Assembly (NCBI GenBank): GCA_963665325.3
Contig: OZ224045.1
Span: 1,760,001-1,824,000 of the forward strand
Direction: 5' to 3'
DNA length: 64,000 nucleotides
From: Alphaproteobacteria bacterium
GTDB taxonomy: Bacteria; Pseudomonadota; Alphaproteobacteria; Bin95
Shown: positions 21,948 to 32,038 of the stretch, piece after piece
Position numbering within the stretch: position 1 is the first letter of the stretch
How the letters are laid out: each line of letters starts with the position of its first letter
Program-made: the position numbers and the translations under genes
The notes under the pieces: model-generated
Told to the model about the DNA's origin: nothing
Databases searched by the model: none
What the model saw: only the letters and a program-made list of their open reading frames with translations

Positions 21948-22180
21948 CCTTCGCTTGCCCCTTCGGCGATGGCGCGGTCCATATCCTCAAGCGTCACCGG
22001 CGGACCGTCATATGCGAGCATGCCGAAAAGTTCCGAAAGCCGTCTGACAGGCAACAGGCGCACTTCGCCACTATCCATGATGACATAACGCACACGGTCC
22101 CCGGACGAGACCCCGAGCGCCTTCCGGACGGCCTTCGGCAAGGTTGTTTGCCCCTTGGAAGTTATAGCGGAGTCGATCAT
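21944..22180 (-). CDS. AbrB/MazE-family antitoxin
   Basis: ITSKGQTTLPKAVRKALG; overlaps the toxin start. Confidence 0.88.
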   Translation of the reverse strand: MIDSAITSKGQTTLPKAVRKALGVSSGDRVRYVIMDSGEVRLLPVRRLSELFGMLAYDGPPVTLEDMDRAIAEGASEG

Positions 22181-22320
22181 TGCAGTTTCCTATTCCCTTG
22201 TTTGTTGATATAAGTCCTTACTTATCGCAAATTTGCAAGGAGATTATCAATAGCCCCGCTGTCGAGCTGTTCCCGAGTCTCGACGGACGGGGAAGTCCGC
22301 GGACGGCCCTGGGTGTTCCA

Positions 22321-23097
22321 TCACGCGCCGCCGGCGAAGGAGGAGCGGAAGGCCCAGCGGGTGGTGCGCATCTCGATGAAGGCGAACAGCGCATACATGG
22401 CGATGCCTTCGATGGCGAGCGCGATCAGCCCGGCGAAGACGAGCGGCATCTGGAAGTTCGTGCCCGCGACACTCATCAGGTAGCCGATGCCGGAATTGGC
22501 TGCGATCGTCTCGGAGACGACCGAGCCCACGAAGGCAAGCGTGATCGCGACCTTCAGCGAACCGTAGAAGTAGGGCTGTGCGCGGGGGATGCCGACCTTG
22601 AGGATGATGTCCAGCTTGCGCGCTCCCAGCGCCCTCAGCACGTCTTCCAGTTCGGGCTCCGTGGTGGCGAGGCCGGTCGCGACGTTCACAACGATGGGGA
22701 AGAAGGAGATCAGGAAGGCGGTCAGGATCGCCGGGATCTCGCCGATGCCGAACCAGATGACAAGGATCGGCACGACTGCGACCTTGGGAATGGAGTTGAA
22801 GCCGACCATGACCGGGTAAAGCCCCCGGTAGATCGCCCGCGACCAGCCGACGACCATGCCGAGCACGACGCCGAAAGCGACCGCGATCGCGAAACCGGCG
22901 AGCGTCGTCCACATGGTCGCCGCCGAATGCCGGAGCAGCGGTTTCCAATGCGTTACCGTGGCCTCGATTATGGCGGAAGGCGTGGGCAGGATGATCGGAT
23001 TGACGCTGAAGATCTGGCAGACCGCCTCCCAGAAGACGAACAGGCCGAGCGTGAACGCGAACGGGGCCGTCCGTTCGAGGAACGACACCGGCGTCAC
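22321..23097 (-). CDS. NitT/TauT-type ABC transporter permease
   Basis: TM-rich; IPKVAVVP and LRALGA (EAA-like) motifs; GTG start overlaps the ATPase stop. Confidence 0.9.
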   Translation of the reverse strand: MTPVSFLERTAPFAFTLGLFVFWEAVCQIFSVNPIILPTPSAIIEATVTHWKPLLRHSAATMWTTLAGFAIAVAFGVVLGMVVGWSRAIYRGLYPVMVGFNSIPKVAVVPILVIWFGIGEIPAILTAFLISFFPIVVNVATGLATTEPELEDVLRALGARKLDIILKVGIPRAQPYFYGSLKVAITLAFVGSVVSETIAANSGIGYLMSVAGTNFQMPLVFAGLIALAIEGIAMYALFAFIEMRTTRWAFRSSFAGGA

Positions 23098-23858
23098 TGC
23101 CGGACTTCCGAGATACGGCTGCGCAGCTCGTGGACGATATCCACGAATTGCGGCTCGAAGCAGACGTCGAGTTCGCGCGGGCGCGGCAGGTCGATGACGC
23201 GCGAAGCTACGATCCGGCCCGGCCGCGCGCTCATCACATGGACCGTGTCGGCGAGGAAGGCGGCTTCGCGCAAGTCGTGCGTGACGAGAACGACGGTGAA
23301 GCCGATACGCGCCCAGAGGTCCCGCAACACGCACCACAACTCCTCGCGCGTGAAGGCGTCGAGGGCCGCGAACGGTTCGTCCAGCATCAACAGGGCGGGT
23401 TCGTGGATGAGCGCGCGGCAGAGCGAGGTCCGCTGCTGCATGCCGCCGGAAAGCTCCCAGGGAAAGCGCTCGGCGAAACCCTCGAGGCCGACCAGGGCCA
23501 GAAGCTTGTCCGCCCGTTCGGCATATTCCGCCTTGTTCCTGCGGAAACGCCGGCGGTGCGGCTCGACGATTTCCAGCGGCAGCAGGACATTGTCCCGGAT
23601 GGTCCGCCAGGGCAGCAGGTTTGCGTTCTGGAAGGCCATGCCGGCGATCTTGACCGGACCCTCGACGGGAGCGCTGTCCACGGCAATGCGGCCCGCGGTC
23701 GGCCGCACGAGGCCGGTGGCGAGCTTCATCAGCGTGGATTTCCCGCAGCCCGACGGGCCGACCACGGCGGCGAATGCGCCCCGCTCGACATTCAGGTCCA
23801 AGGCCTGAACAGCGGTGACCCCGCCCCCGGCGGAGGCGCCCGCATAGGTGAGGGTCAC
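23094..23858 (-). CDS. NitT/TauT-type ABC transporter ATPase
   Basis: GPSGCGKST, LSGGMQQR, LDEPF and VTHD motifs; start uncertain. Confidence 0.93.
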   Translation of the reverse strand: MTLTYAGASAGGGVTAVQALDLNVERGAFAAVVGPSGCGKSTLMKLATGLVRPTAGRIAVDSAPVEGPVKIAGMAFQNANLLPWRTIRDNVLLPLEIVEPHRRRFRRNKAEYAERADKLLALVGLEGFAERFPWELSGGMQQRTSLCRALIHEPALLMLDEPFAALDAFTREELWCVLRDLWARIGFTVVLVTHDLREAAFLADTVHVMSARPGRIVASRVIDLPRPRELDVCFEPQFVDIVHELRSRISEVRQ

Positions 23859-23916
23859 GTCCTCGATAACGACGATGGCGTGTCCTCCCCCTTAGCGGGT
23901 GCCGCGCGCGGGCGCT

Positions 23917-24957
23917 CTAGAGCTGGCGGTCCGCCGCCGGCGGCAGATAGGACGAATCGAAGACCGCGGAGGGATCCGGGCGGTTGGTGAACTCGTAGGT
24001 GACGCCGATCTGGTCGAGCGAACTCGCCAACCTGTCCGCGTCCACACCACCGAAGCCGTTCTTCTTCACCTCGTCCGTCACGATATTGTCGCGGAGCGCC
24101 ATCTTGAGCCGCGCAAGCTCCAGCGCTTCGTCCCCGATCTCGTTGCGCTTCATCACCGACTTGATCGCCGTATCCGGATCGGCGGCAGCCGCCTGGACGC
24201 CCTTGATCGTGGCCGCGACGAAGCCCTTGACGACCTCCGGATTGGCCTTTGCATAGTCGGTGTTGACCATGATGGCGTTGCCGTACAGGTCGAGCCCGTA
24301 GTCGGCCATCATCATGACCTTCACGTCTTCCGGCGCGATGCCGTTGCGGATCAGGTTGAAGTAGGACGAGAAGGAATAGCCCGTGATCGCATCGACCTCG
24401 CCGCGGGCCAGCATCGGCTCGCGCACTGGGAAGCCGACATTCTCGATCTGCACCTTCGAGGCGTCGATGCCATTTTCCTTCACGAAGGCTTTCCACTGGG
24501 CGTAGGCCCCGTCGGGAGCCGGTGCGCCGAGGATGCGGCCTTCGAGGTCCTTCGGCTTGAGAACGCCGCGTTCGGCCGTCGAGACGATGGCGAAGGGCGG
24601 GCGGTTATAGACCACCAGTATCGCGGTCACCGGCGCGCCCGGGTTCTGGTCGAGGAACTTCGCGAGCGAGTTGATGTCCATGAAGCCAAGCGGGTAGGTG
24701 CCCGCGGCGATGCGGGTGATACCCTTCACCGAGCCCGGGCCGGAGTCGATGGTGACGTCCAGGCCTTCGTCGGCGTAGTAGCCATTGTCTATCGCGACGA
24801 AATAGGGCGCCGACGGCCCTTCGAACTTCCAGTCGAGCGCGAACTTGACCGCGGTTTCCGCGGTTGCGGCATGGGCCGAAAGCGCGAGCGCGGCCGCCGA
24901 GAAGAGCATGGCGGCCTGCCGGCGCAGTCGAGGAAGGCGAATGCAGCGTGACATCAT
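23917..24957 (-). CDS. NMT1/THI5-like ABC substrate-binding protein
   Basis: Signal peptide, FALDWKFEG and GYYADEGLDVTI. Confidence 0.9.
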   Translation of the reverse strand: MMSRCIRLPRLRRQAAMLFSAAALALSAHAATAETAVKFALDWKFEGPSAPYFVAIDNGYYADEGLDVTIDSGPGSVKGITRIAAGTYPLGFMDINSLAKFLDQNPGAPVTAILVVYNRPPFAIVSTAERGVLKPKDLEGRILGAPAPDGAYAQWKAFVKENGIDASKVQIENVGFPVREPMLARGEVDAITGYSFSSYFNLIRNGIAPEDVKVMMMADYGLDLYGNAIMVNTDYAKANPEVVKGFVAATIKGVQAAAADPDTAIKSVMKRNEIGDEALELARLKMALRDNIVTDEVKKNGFGGVDADRLASSLDQIGVTYEFTNRPDPSAVFDSSYLPPAADRQL

Positions 24958-25167
24958 CGGTTTCGTTCTCCCGTTCTGTGGACCTGCGCGCAATGCCTCG
25001 GCGTTGCGCATCGCAAGCGAACCGAACAACACCCGCGCCAGGGTCCGCCGATCCGCTGCGACTCTCTGTCCTGCCGGACGCATCATCCCCCGTTCCGGGC
25101 CGCGGCGGAAGACGAAATTCGCGTCCGGGCGAAAAATCCGGCCTCGCGGCTATGGCCGGTCCTGCCT

Positions 25168-26703
25168 TCAATCCAGGCGGACGATCCGCCCTTCGACCGC
25201 CGGGGAGACCGGGCCTGCGGTTTCGACGAACTCCATCACCTGGGCAGCCATGAAGGAGCCGTCCTCGGCGCGAATGCGCCTTTCTGCCTTCTCGAACATG
25301 GCGTACCGGTCGCCGCCCCTGGCAAGGAAGTCGTTGGTGGCAAGCGTATAGGTCTTCGCGTCCTCCAGCGGCGCGCCGCCGACGGCGATTTCGACGATAC
25401 GTTTGCCCTTCGGCCTGCTCGCATCGAAGGAGAAGGACAGGCCCGACACATGGGGAAACGCGCCGCTCCCGTTTTCGACCTCGCCAATTCCGTGCTCCAG
25501 GGCTTCCCTGATCCGGGCGCCGGAAAGCGCGAGCTTCACGGTCTTGTTCCCGAACGGCAGTTCGGTCAGCACGAGCTTGCCGGTTACTTCAGAGCCCGCC
25601 GGATAGATTGTATCTCCGCGTATCCCGCCGCCATTGGTGAGACCGATGTCGGCGCCGACGGCGGCCCGCATGGCGTCGGCCACCAGATTGCCGAAAGCGT
25701 TTTCGCCCGCGCGCACCGAAGCGCGGCGCGTGTCCAGTTCGGTCGTCGTCGTGCCGACGGCGATGTCCAGGCTGCGGTCGAGGTCCTTGCGGCGCTTCTC
25801 GACCCTTGCAGCGATCGCGCGGGCGCCCTCGATGTCCGCAGTGGAACGGACTTCGTAGTCCGGCGTCCAGACGACTCGGGTGCCGCCTTTTCCGTCCTCG
25901 ACGCGGTCGAGCACCAGCCGCAGCACGCCGACATAAGCTCCCTGCGAACCCGCTTTCAGGACCGTCTGCCGCCCGTCATACCAGGCGAGGGCAAGATGGT
26001 CGTGTCCGCCCAGCACGGCGTCGATCTTCGCCGATGAGCGCAGAAGCTCCAGGTCATGGGCAAGATCGTTGTGGGTGAGCGCAATCACGAGGTCGGCGCC
26101 GGCATCCCTCAATCCGGCGGCAAGGGCAGCGCCCGTCTCGACGAAGGGGAGGAAAGCGACGTCCTTGCCAGGTGAGGAAATCCTGGCCGTCTGGGGTGTG
26201 ACCAGGCCGAGAATGCCGATCCGGTATCCGCCATGCTCGACAATCGTGGTTGCCGCGGTTCCGGGAAAGTCGGCTCCGTTCCGGTAGCGGACATTGCCCG
26301 CAAGCCACACCGCGTTCGACTGCGCGAGCCGCTCCTTTAGGACATCGGGGCCGAAGTCGAATTCGTGATTGCCCGGCACAGCGACATCGAACCCGATGGC
26401 GTTGGCGAGTTCGATCATGTGCTCGCCCTTGTCGAGCCCGGATAGCAGCGATGGCGAAATCATGTCGCCGCCGAAGGTGGCTATGGCGAGCGCGCCTTCC
26501 GCCTCGGCGCGTTCGCGCTCTGCGGAAACGACTGCTGCGATCTTTGCGGCCCCGCCCCGGCCGTCCACACCCTCCATGCGGTCCCAGTCGTTCACATGGA
26601 TGAGCGTGACGGCGACCGGTTCCGCGGCTGCGGGCGCGCCCAACACCGGGAGTGCGGCCAGCACGGCGGCGGCAAGAGCGAGCGGGCGATAGCGTCCGGA
26701 CAT
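25168..26703 (-). CDS. Periplasmic 5'-nucleotidase / UDP-sugar hydrolase
   Basis: Signal peptide; HVND, GGD, GNHEFD, GGHDH and NGGGIRG motifs. Confidence 0.92.
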   Translation of the reverse strand: MSGRYRPLALAAAVLAALPVLGAPAAAEPVAVTLIHVNDWDRMEGVDGRGGAAKIAAVVSAERERAEAEGALAIATFGGDMISPSLLSGLDKGEHMIELANAIGFDVAVPGNHEFDFGPDVLKERLAQSNAVWLAGNVRYRNGADFPGTAATTIVEHGGYRIGILGLVTPQTARISSPGKDVAFLPFVETGAALAAGLRDAGADLVIALTHNDLAHDLELLRSSAKIDAVLGGHDHLALAWYDGRQTVLKAGSQGAYVGVLRLVLDRVEDGKGGTRVVWTPDYEVRSTADIEGARAIAARVEKRRKDLDRSLDIAVGTTTTELDTRRASVRAGENAFGNLVADAMRAAVGADIGLTNGGGIRGDTIYPAGSEVTGKLVLTELPFGNKTVKLALSGARIREALEHGIGEVENGSGAFPHVSGLSFSFDASRPKGKRIVEIAVGGAPLEDAKTYTLATNDFLARGGDRYAMFEKAERRIRAEDGSFMAAQVMEFVETAGPVSPAVEGRIVRLD

Positions 26704-27090
26704 GACGTGCTGTCCCTTTCCAGTCCACCCGATATATAGGCCCGATCGTCCGGCGGGGCAGGTGTCCTTCGGAACCGGACATGGCGGTCGGGCGCGACCG
26801 GGCTCTCAGGCTGCGTCCAAATGTTCCAACGTTGGACAGGAAAACATTGCCGTCAGCGGATAAATTGCCGATTCGCCGGATCTCGCGGCGAATGGAGTGT
26901 TTTCATTGAGAAAATTGCGAAGCGCGCCGGCCTTCGAATCATGGATTCCCGATACATGAGACACCGGGCAGCGCACCTGCGGTGCTAAGGCCTTGATGTA
27001 GCGTTTGTTTTTCCTCGTGCAATCGCAGGTTCGGGGCGGAGATGCAAGTGCATTTTCCCCCGCCTGCAACAGAGTGCAGGAGGAATATCC

Positions 27091-28212
27091 ATGGCGAATG
27101 TCCGCCTCAACGAGAGCCGGATCGAGGCTCTCAGGCCCCGCAGGTCGCCCTACGATGTCCGCGATGCAGAGCTGAGAGGCTTCGGCGTCCGCGTCCTGCC
27201 CACGGGCGCCAGGCGGTTCTTCATCCACAGCCAGCATGAGGGCCGGCGTATCTGGAAGACCGTCGGCGACGCTGCCGGCATGGACCTGGAGGAGGCCCGC
27301 CGGCGCGCCACCGAACTGCTGGCCGCCATCCGCCGCGACGAGACGCCGGCGCTTGCCGAAGACAGGCTCTTCGAGACTGTGGCCGACGAGGTCTTCGCCC
27401 GCTACGGGCGGCACTGGAAGCCCGGCACCATGAAGGTCAACCGCAACTATCTCCGCAACACGATCCTTCCCCGGTTCCGGGGACGGAACATCGCCGATAT
27501 CCATCGGCAGGACGTGCAGCGCTGGTTCGCCTCCCTGCACGCCACGCCCGTGGCGGCCGACCGGTCCGCGCCTATCCTTTCCGTCATCATGCGACAGGCC
27601 GAGCTCTACGGTTACCGACCGGAAGGCAGCAATCCCTGCACCGGCATCCGCCGCTACCGGCGCAAGGGACGCGAACGCTTCCTGTCGGAGCCTGAGCTTC
27701 ACCGTCTCGCGCGGGTTCTCGACAGCCATGAGGAGCGCCGTCCATGCAAGGCGGCGTTCATCCGTCTGCTGCTGCTCACCGGCTGCCGCAAGAGCGAGAT
27801 AGCGACCCTCCAGTGGTCCGACTACCGGGAGGGCCGCCTGTTCCTGCGCGACGGCAAGGCGGGGCCCCGGACCGTGTGGCTGTCCTCGCCCGCACGCCAT
27901 GTCCTGGAAGGATTGCCGAGGCAGGGCAAATGGGTCTTCCCCTCGCCGCAGCGCCGGGGGCCGCTCTCCACGGCGATCTTCGAGGCCTTCTGGCACCGGG
28001 TCCGGGAGGAAGCGGAGATTGCCGATGTTCGCCTCCACGATTGCCGTCATACATACGCCAGCATCGCGATCATGCAGGGCGAGAGCGTCACGACGACCGG
28101 GCGGCTGCTCGGCCACAACGATGCGCGAACCACGCTGAAATACACGCACCTGTCCGACCGTTCGGTGCGCGAGGCAACCGATGCCCTCGCCGCCATTCTC
28201 GGGGAGGGCTGA
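27091..28212 (+). CDS. Tyrosine integrase with Arm DNA-binding domain (Int1)
   Basis: LRGFGVRV Arm motif; intact TGCRKSE, GKAG, HDCRH, LGH and KY catalytic residues. Confidence 0.93.
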   Translation: MANVRLNESRIEALRPRRSPYDVRDAELRGFGVRVLPTGARRFFIHSQHEGRRIWKTVGDAAGMDLEEARRRATELLAAIRRDETPALAEDRLFETVADEVFARYGRHWKPGTMKVNRNYLRNTILPRFRGRNIADIHRQDVQRWFASLHATPVAADRSAPILSVIMRQAELYGYRPEGSNPCTGIRRYRRKGRERFLSEPELHRLARVLDSHEERRPCKAAFIRLLLLTGCRKSEIATLQWSDYREGRLFLRDGKAGPRTVWLSSPARHVLEGLPRQGKWVFPSPQRRGPLSTAIFEAFWHRVREEAEIADVRLHDCRHTYASIAIMQGESVTTTGRLLGHNDARTTLKYTHLSDRSVREATDALAAILGEG

Positions 28213-28215
28213 GCG

Positions 28216-29412
28216 GTGCCGAGACGCAGGAGGCTGACCGACGCCGGTATTGCAAGGCTCCGCCCGGAGGCGCGCGAATACACGGTCCGGGATACGGTCG
28301 TCGCCGGTCTCGGCGTGAGGGTTCGCCCCTCCGGCAGCCGGATCTTCATCTACCATCGCAAGACGGATTGCGGCGTGAAGAAGATGTCCTTCGGTCCGGC
28401 GCGGCTGCGCAAGGTGGAGGAGGTGCGCCGCGCCTGTCTTGCGGTGGCGACGGTCGAGGCGGATGAGGGTGAGCGCAAGGCCGCACCGCTGTTCCGGGAT
28501 TTCATCGCCGGGCCCTGGAAAACGGCCCGTCTGGACCGCTGCAAGCCCTCCACGCAACAGAACTACCGCAATCTTCTGAAATACCACCTGCTGCCGGCGT
28601 TCGGCTCCCGGCGCCTCGACCGGATTACCCGCAGCATGGCGCTCGGCTGGTTCGAGAGATGCAGCAGCACCACGCCCGCATACGCCAACCGGGCCTTGGC
28701 CCTGCTCGGACAGATCCTCAACCATGCCATCGCTTGCAGCCATATCGGGACCAATCCGGTGCGCGGCACAAGACGCAATCCCGAGGCCCGGCACACCCGC
28801 TTCCTCGCCCGCGAGGAGATCGCCCGCCTTCACCGCGTCCTCGACCGGTATGCCGAAGGCTTCCGGTCGCAAGCCCGGCAGGCCGATATCGTCCGCCTGC
28901 TGCTGCTCACCGGCTGCCGGAAGAACGAGATCGTTCGTCTCCACAAGGACGAGGCGAAGGGCGACCGGCTGGAACTCAGGGACAGCAAGACGGGGCCGAG
29001 AACCGTCCTGCTGAATGCCCGGGCGCGGGAGGTTGTCGAGCGCCGCATGGCGGAAAGCAACAGCCCCTGGGTATTTCCCTCTGTCCGGGATCCGTCCCGT
29101 CCCCAGGACGACACGTTGCCGCTCTGGTATCGCATCCGGTGCGAGGCCGGCATCGAGGATGTCCGCCTGCACGACCTTCGCCATACGGTAGCCAGCCAGG
29201 CCGTGCTGAACGGCGTTCCCCTGCCGGTTGTCGCCCGACTGCTCGGTCACAGCGACGTGCAGATGACCATGCGCTACGCGCATGTCGGAGACCGCGAGGT
29301 CGAGGCCGCCGCCGAGCGGGTCGGGCAAGTCATCGACACAATCATGAACCGGGGACGCAACTGCTGCCTCAATGGCGGCGATCCCGAGAACCTGTCCGAC
29401 TGCTCTCAGTGA
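28216..29412 (+). CDS. Tyrosine integrase with Arm DNA-binding domain (Int2)
   Basis: GLGVRVRPSG; intact TGCRKNE, SKTG, HDLRH, LGH and RY catalytic residues. Confidence 0.93.
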   Translation: MPRRRRLTDAGIARLRPEAREYTVRDTVVAGLGVRVRPSGSRIFIYHRKTDCGVKKMSFGPARLRKVEEVRRACLAVATVEADEGERKAAPLFRDFIAGPWKTARLDRCKPSTQQNYRNLLKYHLLPAFGSRRLDRITRSMALGWFERCSSTTPAYANRALALLGQILNHAIACSHIGTNPVRGTRRNPEARHTRFLAREEIARLHRVLDRYAEGFRSQARQADIVRLLLLTGCRKNEIVRLHKDEAKGDRLELRDSKTGPRTVLLNARAREVVERRMAESNSPWVFPSVRDPSRPQDDTLPLWYRIRCEAGIEDVRLHDLRHTVASQAVLNGVPLPVVARLLGHSDVQMTMRYAHVGDREVEAAAERVGQVIDTIMNRGRNCCLNGGDPENLSDCSQ

Positions 29413-29475
29413 TCGGAACACCATCGGTGCGTCAGGTGTGAGAACCACGCGCCGAATGGCAGGCTAGGCACTCCG

Positions 29476-30030
29476 TCAAAAGGTCTTCGAAATTCCAAGT
29501 ATGGCACCATGGTTGCGCCAGGCATTGACGGGGATACCGGACCGGTTCCATTCGTAGAAATATCCGATATACGGGGCGAATCCTTGGAGTTGCAGCGCGG
29601 GGGGAGCAGGTTCACCGAGACGCGCGTCTGCCGGTCCGAGCGCGTCTTTCCGAAGAGGGGGTCGCTGCCGTCGTAGCGCCGCCAATGCATGGCCATTCGA
29701 GGCGAGATGGAGAGGCCGTCTGCGAAGGCATGGGAGACCCCGAAAGCGGAGCCGCCAAGCCGGCTGCCGTGACGGTCCTCGCGGGCATCGACATGTTCGA
29801 GGTCGAGTTCGACTGGGAACGTCATCCGGGAGTCGAGTGCGTAGTCAAGGCCGGGCCGCAGGGTAACGGTCCAGCCGTTCAGCCCGGGATGGTCCGGATC
29901 GCGGCGCTCCGCGCTGAGCGCGGCGTCGAGCCGCAAGGCCGGCAACAGGCGCACGCGGCCGCGCACCCAGGGGCCGATCCCGTCGCTGTAGCACTTGCCG
30001 CCTAGCCATCGTCGGCAACGGCTGGCGCAA
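29476..30030 (-). pseudogene. Fragment of a Slam/DUF560-like outer-membrane beta-barrel
   Basis: Beta-strand pattern and RYDGSDPLFGKTRSD; frameshift near 29600; ends NRSGIPVNAW...ISKTF; 5' part missing. Confidence 0.65.
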
Positions 30031-30450
30031 CCCCGTGAAGAAATATTGGTTCGACCACAAGATCGTGGACGGTGTGACGGTCGCTGCGAAGAGCGCCAAC
30101 GAGCGCGAGATCGACCCGGGCAAGCAGGTCGATGCCGCCCGCCAGAAGATCGCCTATTGCCACGCCGACGCCATGCCGCCGCGCCGGCCCGTTACGCCCC
30201 GACACCACCCGCAGGCGGCGAAGACGGGGACGGGGAAGGTGGCGGGCCCGCCGCCAGCCCCTACGGGAAGGGCGGGTGACGTAACCGATCATCGACCGGA
30301 CTCTCGCCGGCCTTGCAACCGGAAAGACCCCGTCAGGCTGGCCCCGGGGTTCAGGTTCGCTGCGCGGAGGTCACGAGATTCGAGGTAACTCGTTCATCGA
30401 TTGCAGGATAGCCTATAGATAGGGCAGGATTGCCTCGGGGGGAAGCGCAA

Positions 30451-31206
30451 ATGGTGGAACATTTTGCCGGCGTGGTCGGCGGGCTCGGGCTGTTTGTCAT
30501 CGGAATGTGGTTCCTCACGGAGAATCTGAAGAAACTGGCGAGCCGGCGGCTGCGTCGAACCGCGCAGCGCCTGACAGGGCATCCCCTGAGCGCCTTCTTC
30601 TGGGGCGGGCTCGCCGGCGGCGCCACCCAGAGCATGACCGGACTGGCCTTTATCGTGGTCAGCATCCTGCGCTCGGGGATGATTACAACGAAGAGCGCAT
30701 TCGCACTCATTCTCGGCGGCGGCGGCGGCGTGACGCTTCTCGTGCTGGTCGTCACCTTCGACGTCAGGATTGTTGCACTGTTCGTGCTCGGCCTTTCCGG
30801 CTTTTGCCTGACCAGCAAGTCCCTGTCGAAATACCGCCGGGCCGCGGCGGCGTTCCTCGGCGGCGCCATGATTGTTTTCGGGCTGACCCTGCTGAAGGAG
30901 TCAGCGGCGCCGCTGGCCGACCAGCCCTGGTTCCGGGATATGATGGCGGGGGCCGGGACTTCGCCGCTGCTTGCGTTCCTGGTCGCGACCGGGCTGACAG
31001 CCGCCGTGCAGTCTTCAAGCACGGTATCCATATTCGGCATCAGCCTTTCCGCTGCCGGGGTCCTCACCATAGACCAGACCATAATGGTCATTTACGGCAC
31101 CTTCATCGGGTCGAGCGCCGTCATGTACATCCTCTCGGCGAACCTGACCGGCCGGTCCCGCCAGGTCTCCATGTATCTGGTGTGCCTGACCTATCAATTT
31201 TCATGA
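30451..31206 (+). pseudogene. Na/Pi cotransporter family, 3'-truncated
   Basis: GGLGLFVIGM, ATQS and AVQSSS motifs; reading frame enters the inverted-repeat end at 31179 and stops at 31206. Confidence 0.85.
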
Positions 31207-31716
31207 CTATAGGAACACCTTTTGGTTGAAGCGCTGCTTTCCTCGAAGGGTAAGGAACAGTAGGGGATTGCGGGGGTCAATGCAAGTCTCTTGTGTCAAG
31301 ATAATGCTGTAGGTTAATTGGATGTCTTGGGCATTGCACTTGCAAATTGGGGATTTTGTAGGTCTGGACAGGAGCACCGCACACGGTGCCGAAAGCACCG
31401 GGTGCGGTGTCTTCGAGTGCTGACCATGGGACCATGGCGCCCGGCATGGTGTCCATCGTGGCGCCCATGGGCGCTGACCGTGGGACCATGATGCAAACAC
31501 GCGGTTTCATGGTAGCGCCCGGGCTTCATGTCGAGGAAGCGCATCGGGTTCCCCTCCGGGTGTCGTGTTGTGGGTGCTGGCCTTGTGGGGTCGCGGATGA
31601 TAATAGACGACACCATGGGGCGCCATGGTGACATGGATACTTCATTGATGCGGTGCTCCTGTGTTTCACCAGGAAACAGCCATGTCGATCCTGTGTTTCA
31701 TGGTAGGAGAAAGCTC

Positions 31717-32037
31717 GTGACGGCGAGTGATGGCAGGAAGAGGCCGCGCTCGGTGATGGCGACCGACAGCGACTGGCGCCTGATCCGCAGACGCGCGGAC
31801 AAGGCCGGAATTTCGACATCCGAGTTCCTTGTTGGCCGCGGGCTCGCGCCTGCGGCGGCGGCGGCGGAGAGTGCGGACGACCTGCCCCTTGCCGTGAAGC
31901 GCCGGGCGGCGGTGGACCTGCGCCTCCTGGTGCTGGCCGAGCGACTGCGGTTCGAAGCCGGGGGGCGAGGTGGCGTCTGGCAGCGGCTTGTGGAGGAAGC
32001 GGAAGCCTCGGCGGCGGCCGACGAGGGGGAGGGCTGA
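31717..32037 (+). CDS. MobC/RHH-like protein A
   Basis: AGGAGA RBS + GTG; RSVMATDSDWRLIRRRADKAGISTSEFLV has a ribbon-helix-helix pattern. Confidence 0.65.
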   Translation: MTASDGRKRPRSVMATDSDWRLIRRRADKAGISTSEFLVGRGLAPAAAAAESADDLPLAVKRRAAVDLRLLVLAERLRFEAGGRGGVWQRLVEEAEASAAADEGEG

Positions 32038-32038
32038 T

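Noticed and set aside
24958-25167. TPP riboswitch ahead of the NMT1/THI5-like gene
   Set aside because: No CTGAGA-containing THI-box is visible.
26951-26962. GATACATGAGAC resembles the reverse complement of 31165-31177 (GATACATGGAGAC)
   Set aside because: The matches lie on opposite sides of the ACACC core, and one is Na/Pi coding sequence; probably chance.
30035-30388. 117-aa ORF between the cargo fragments
   Set aside because: The first ~45 codons look protein-like but are unidentifiable and the rest is low-complexity; at most a gene fragment.
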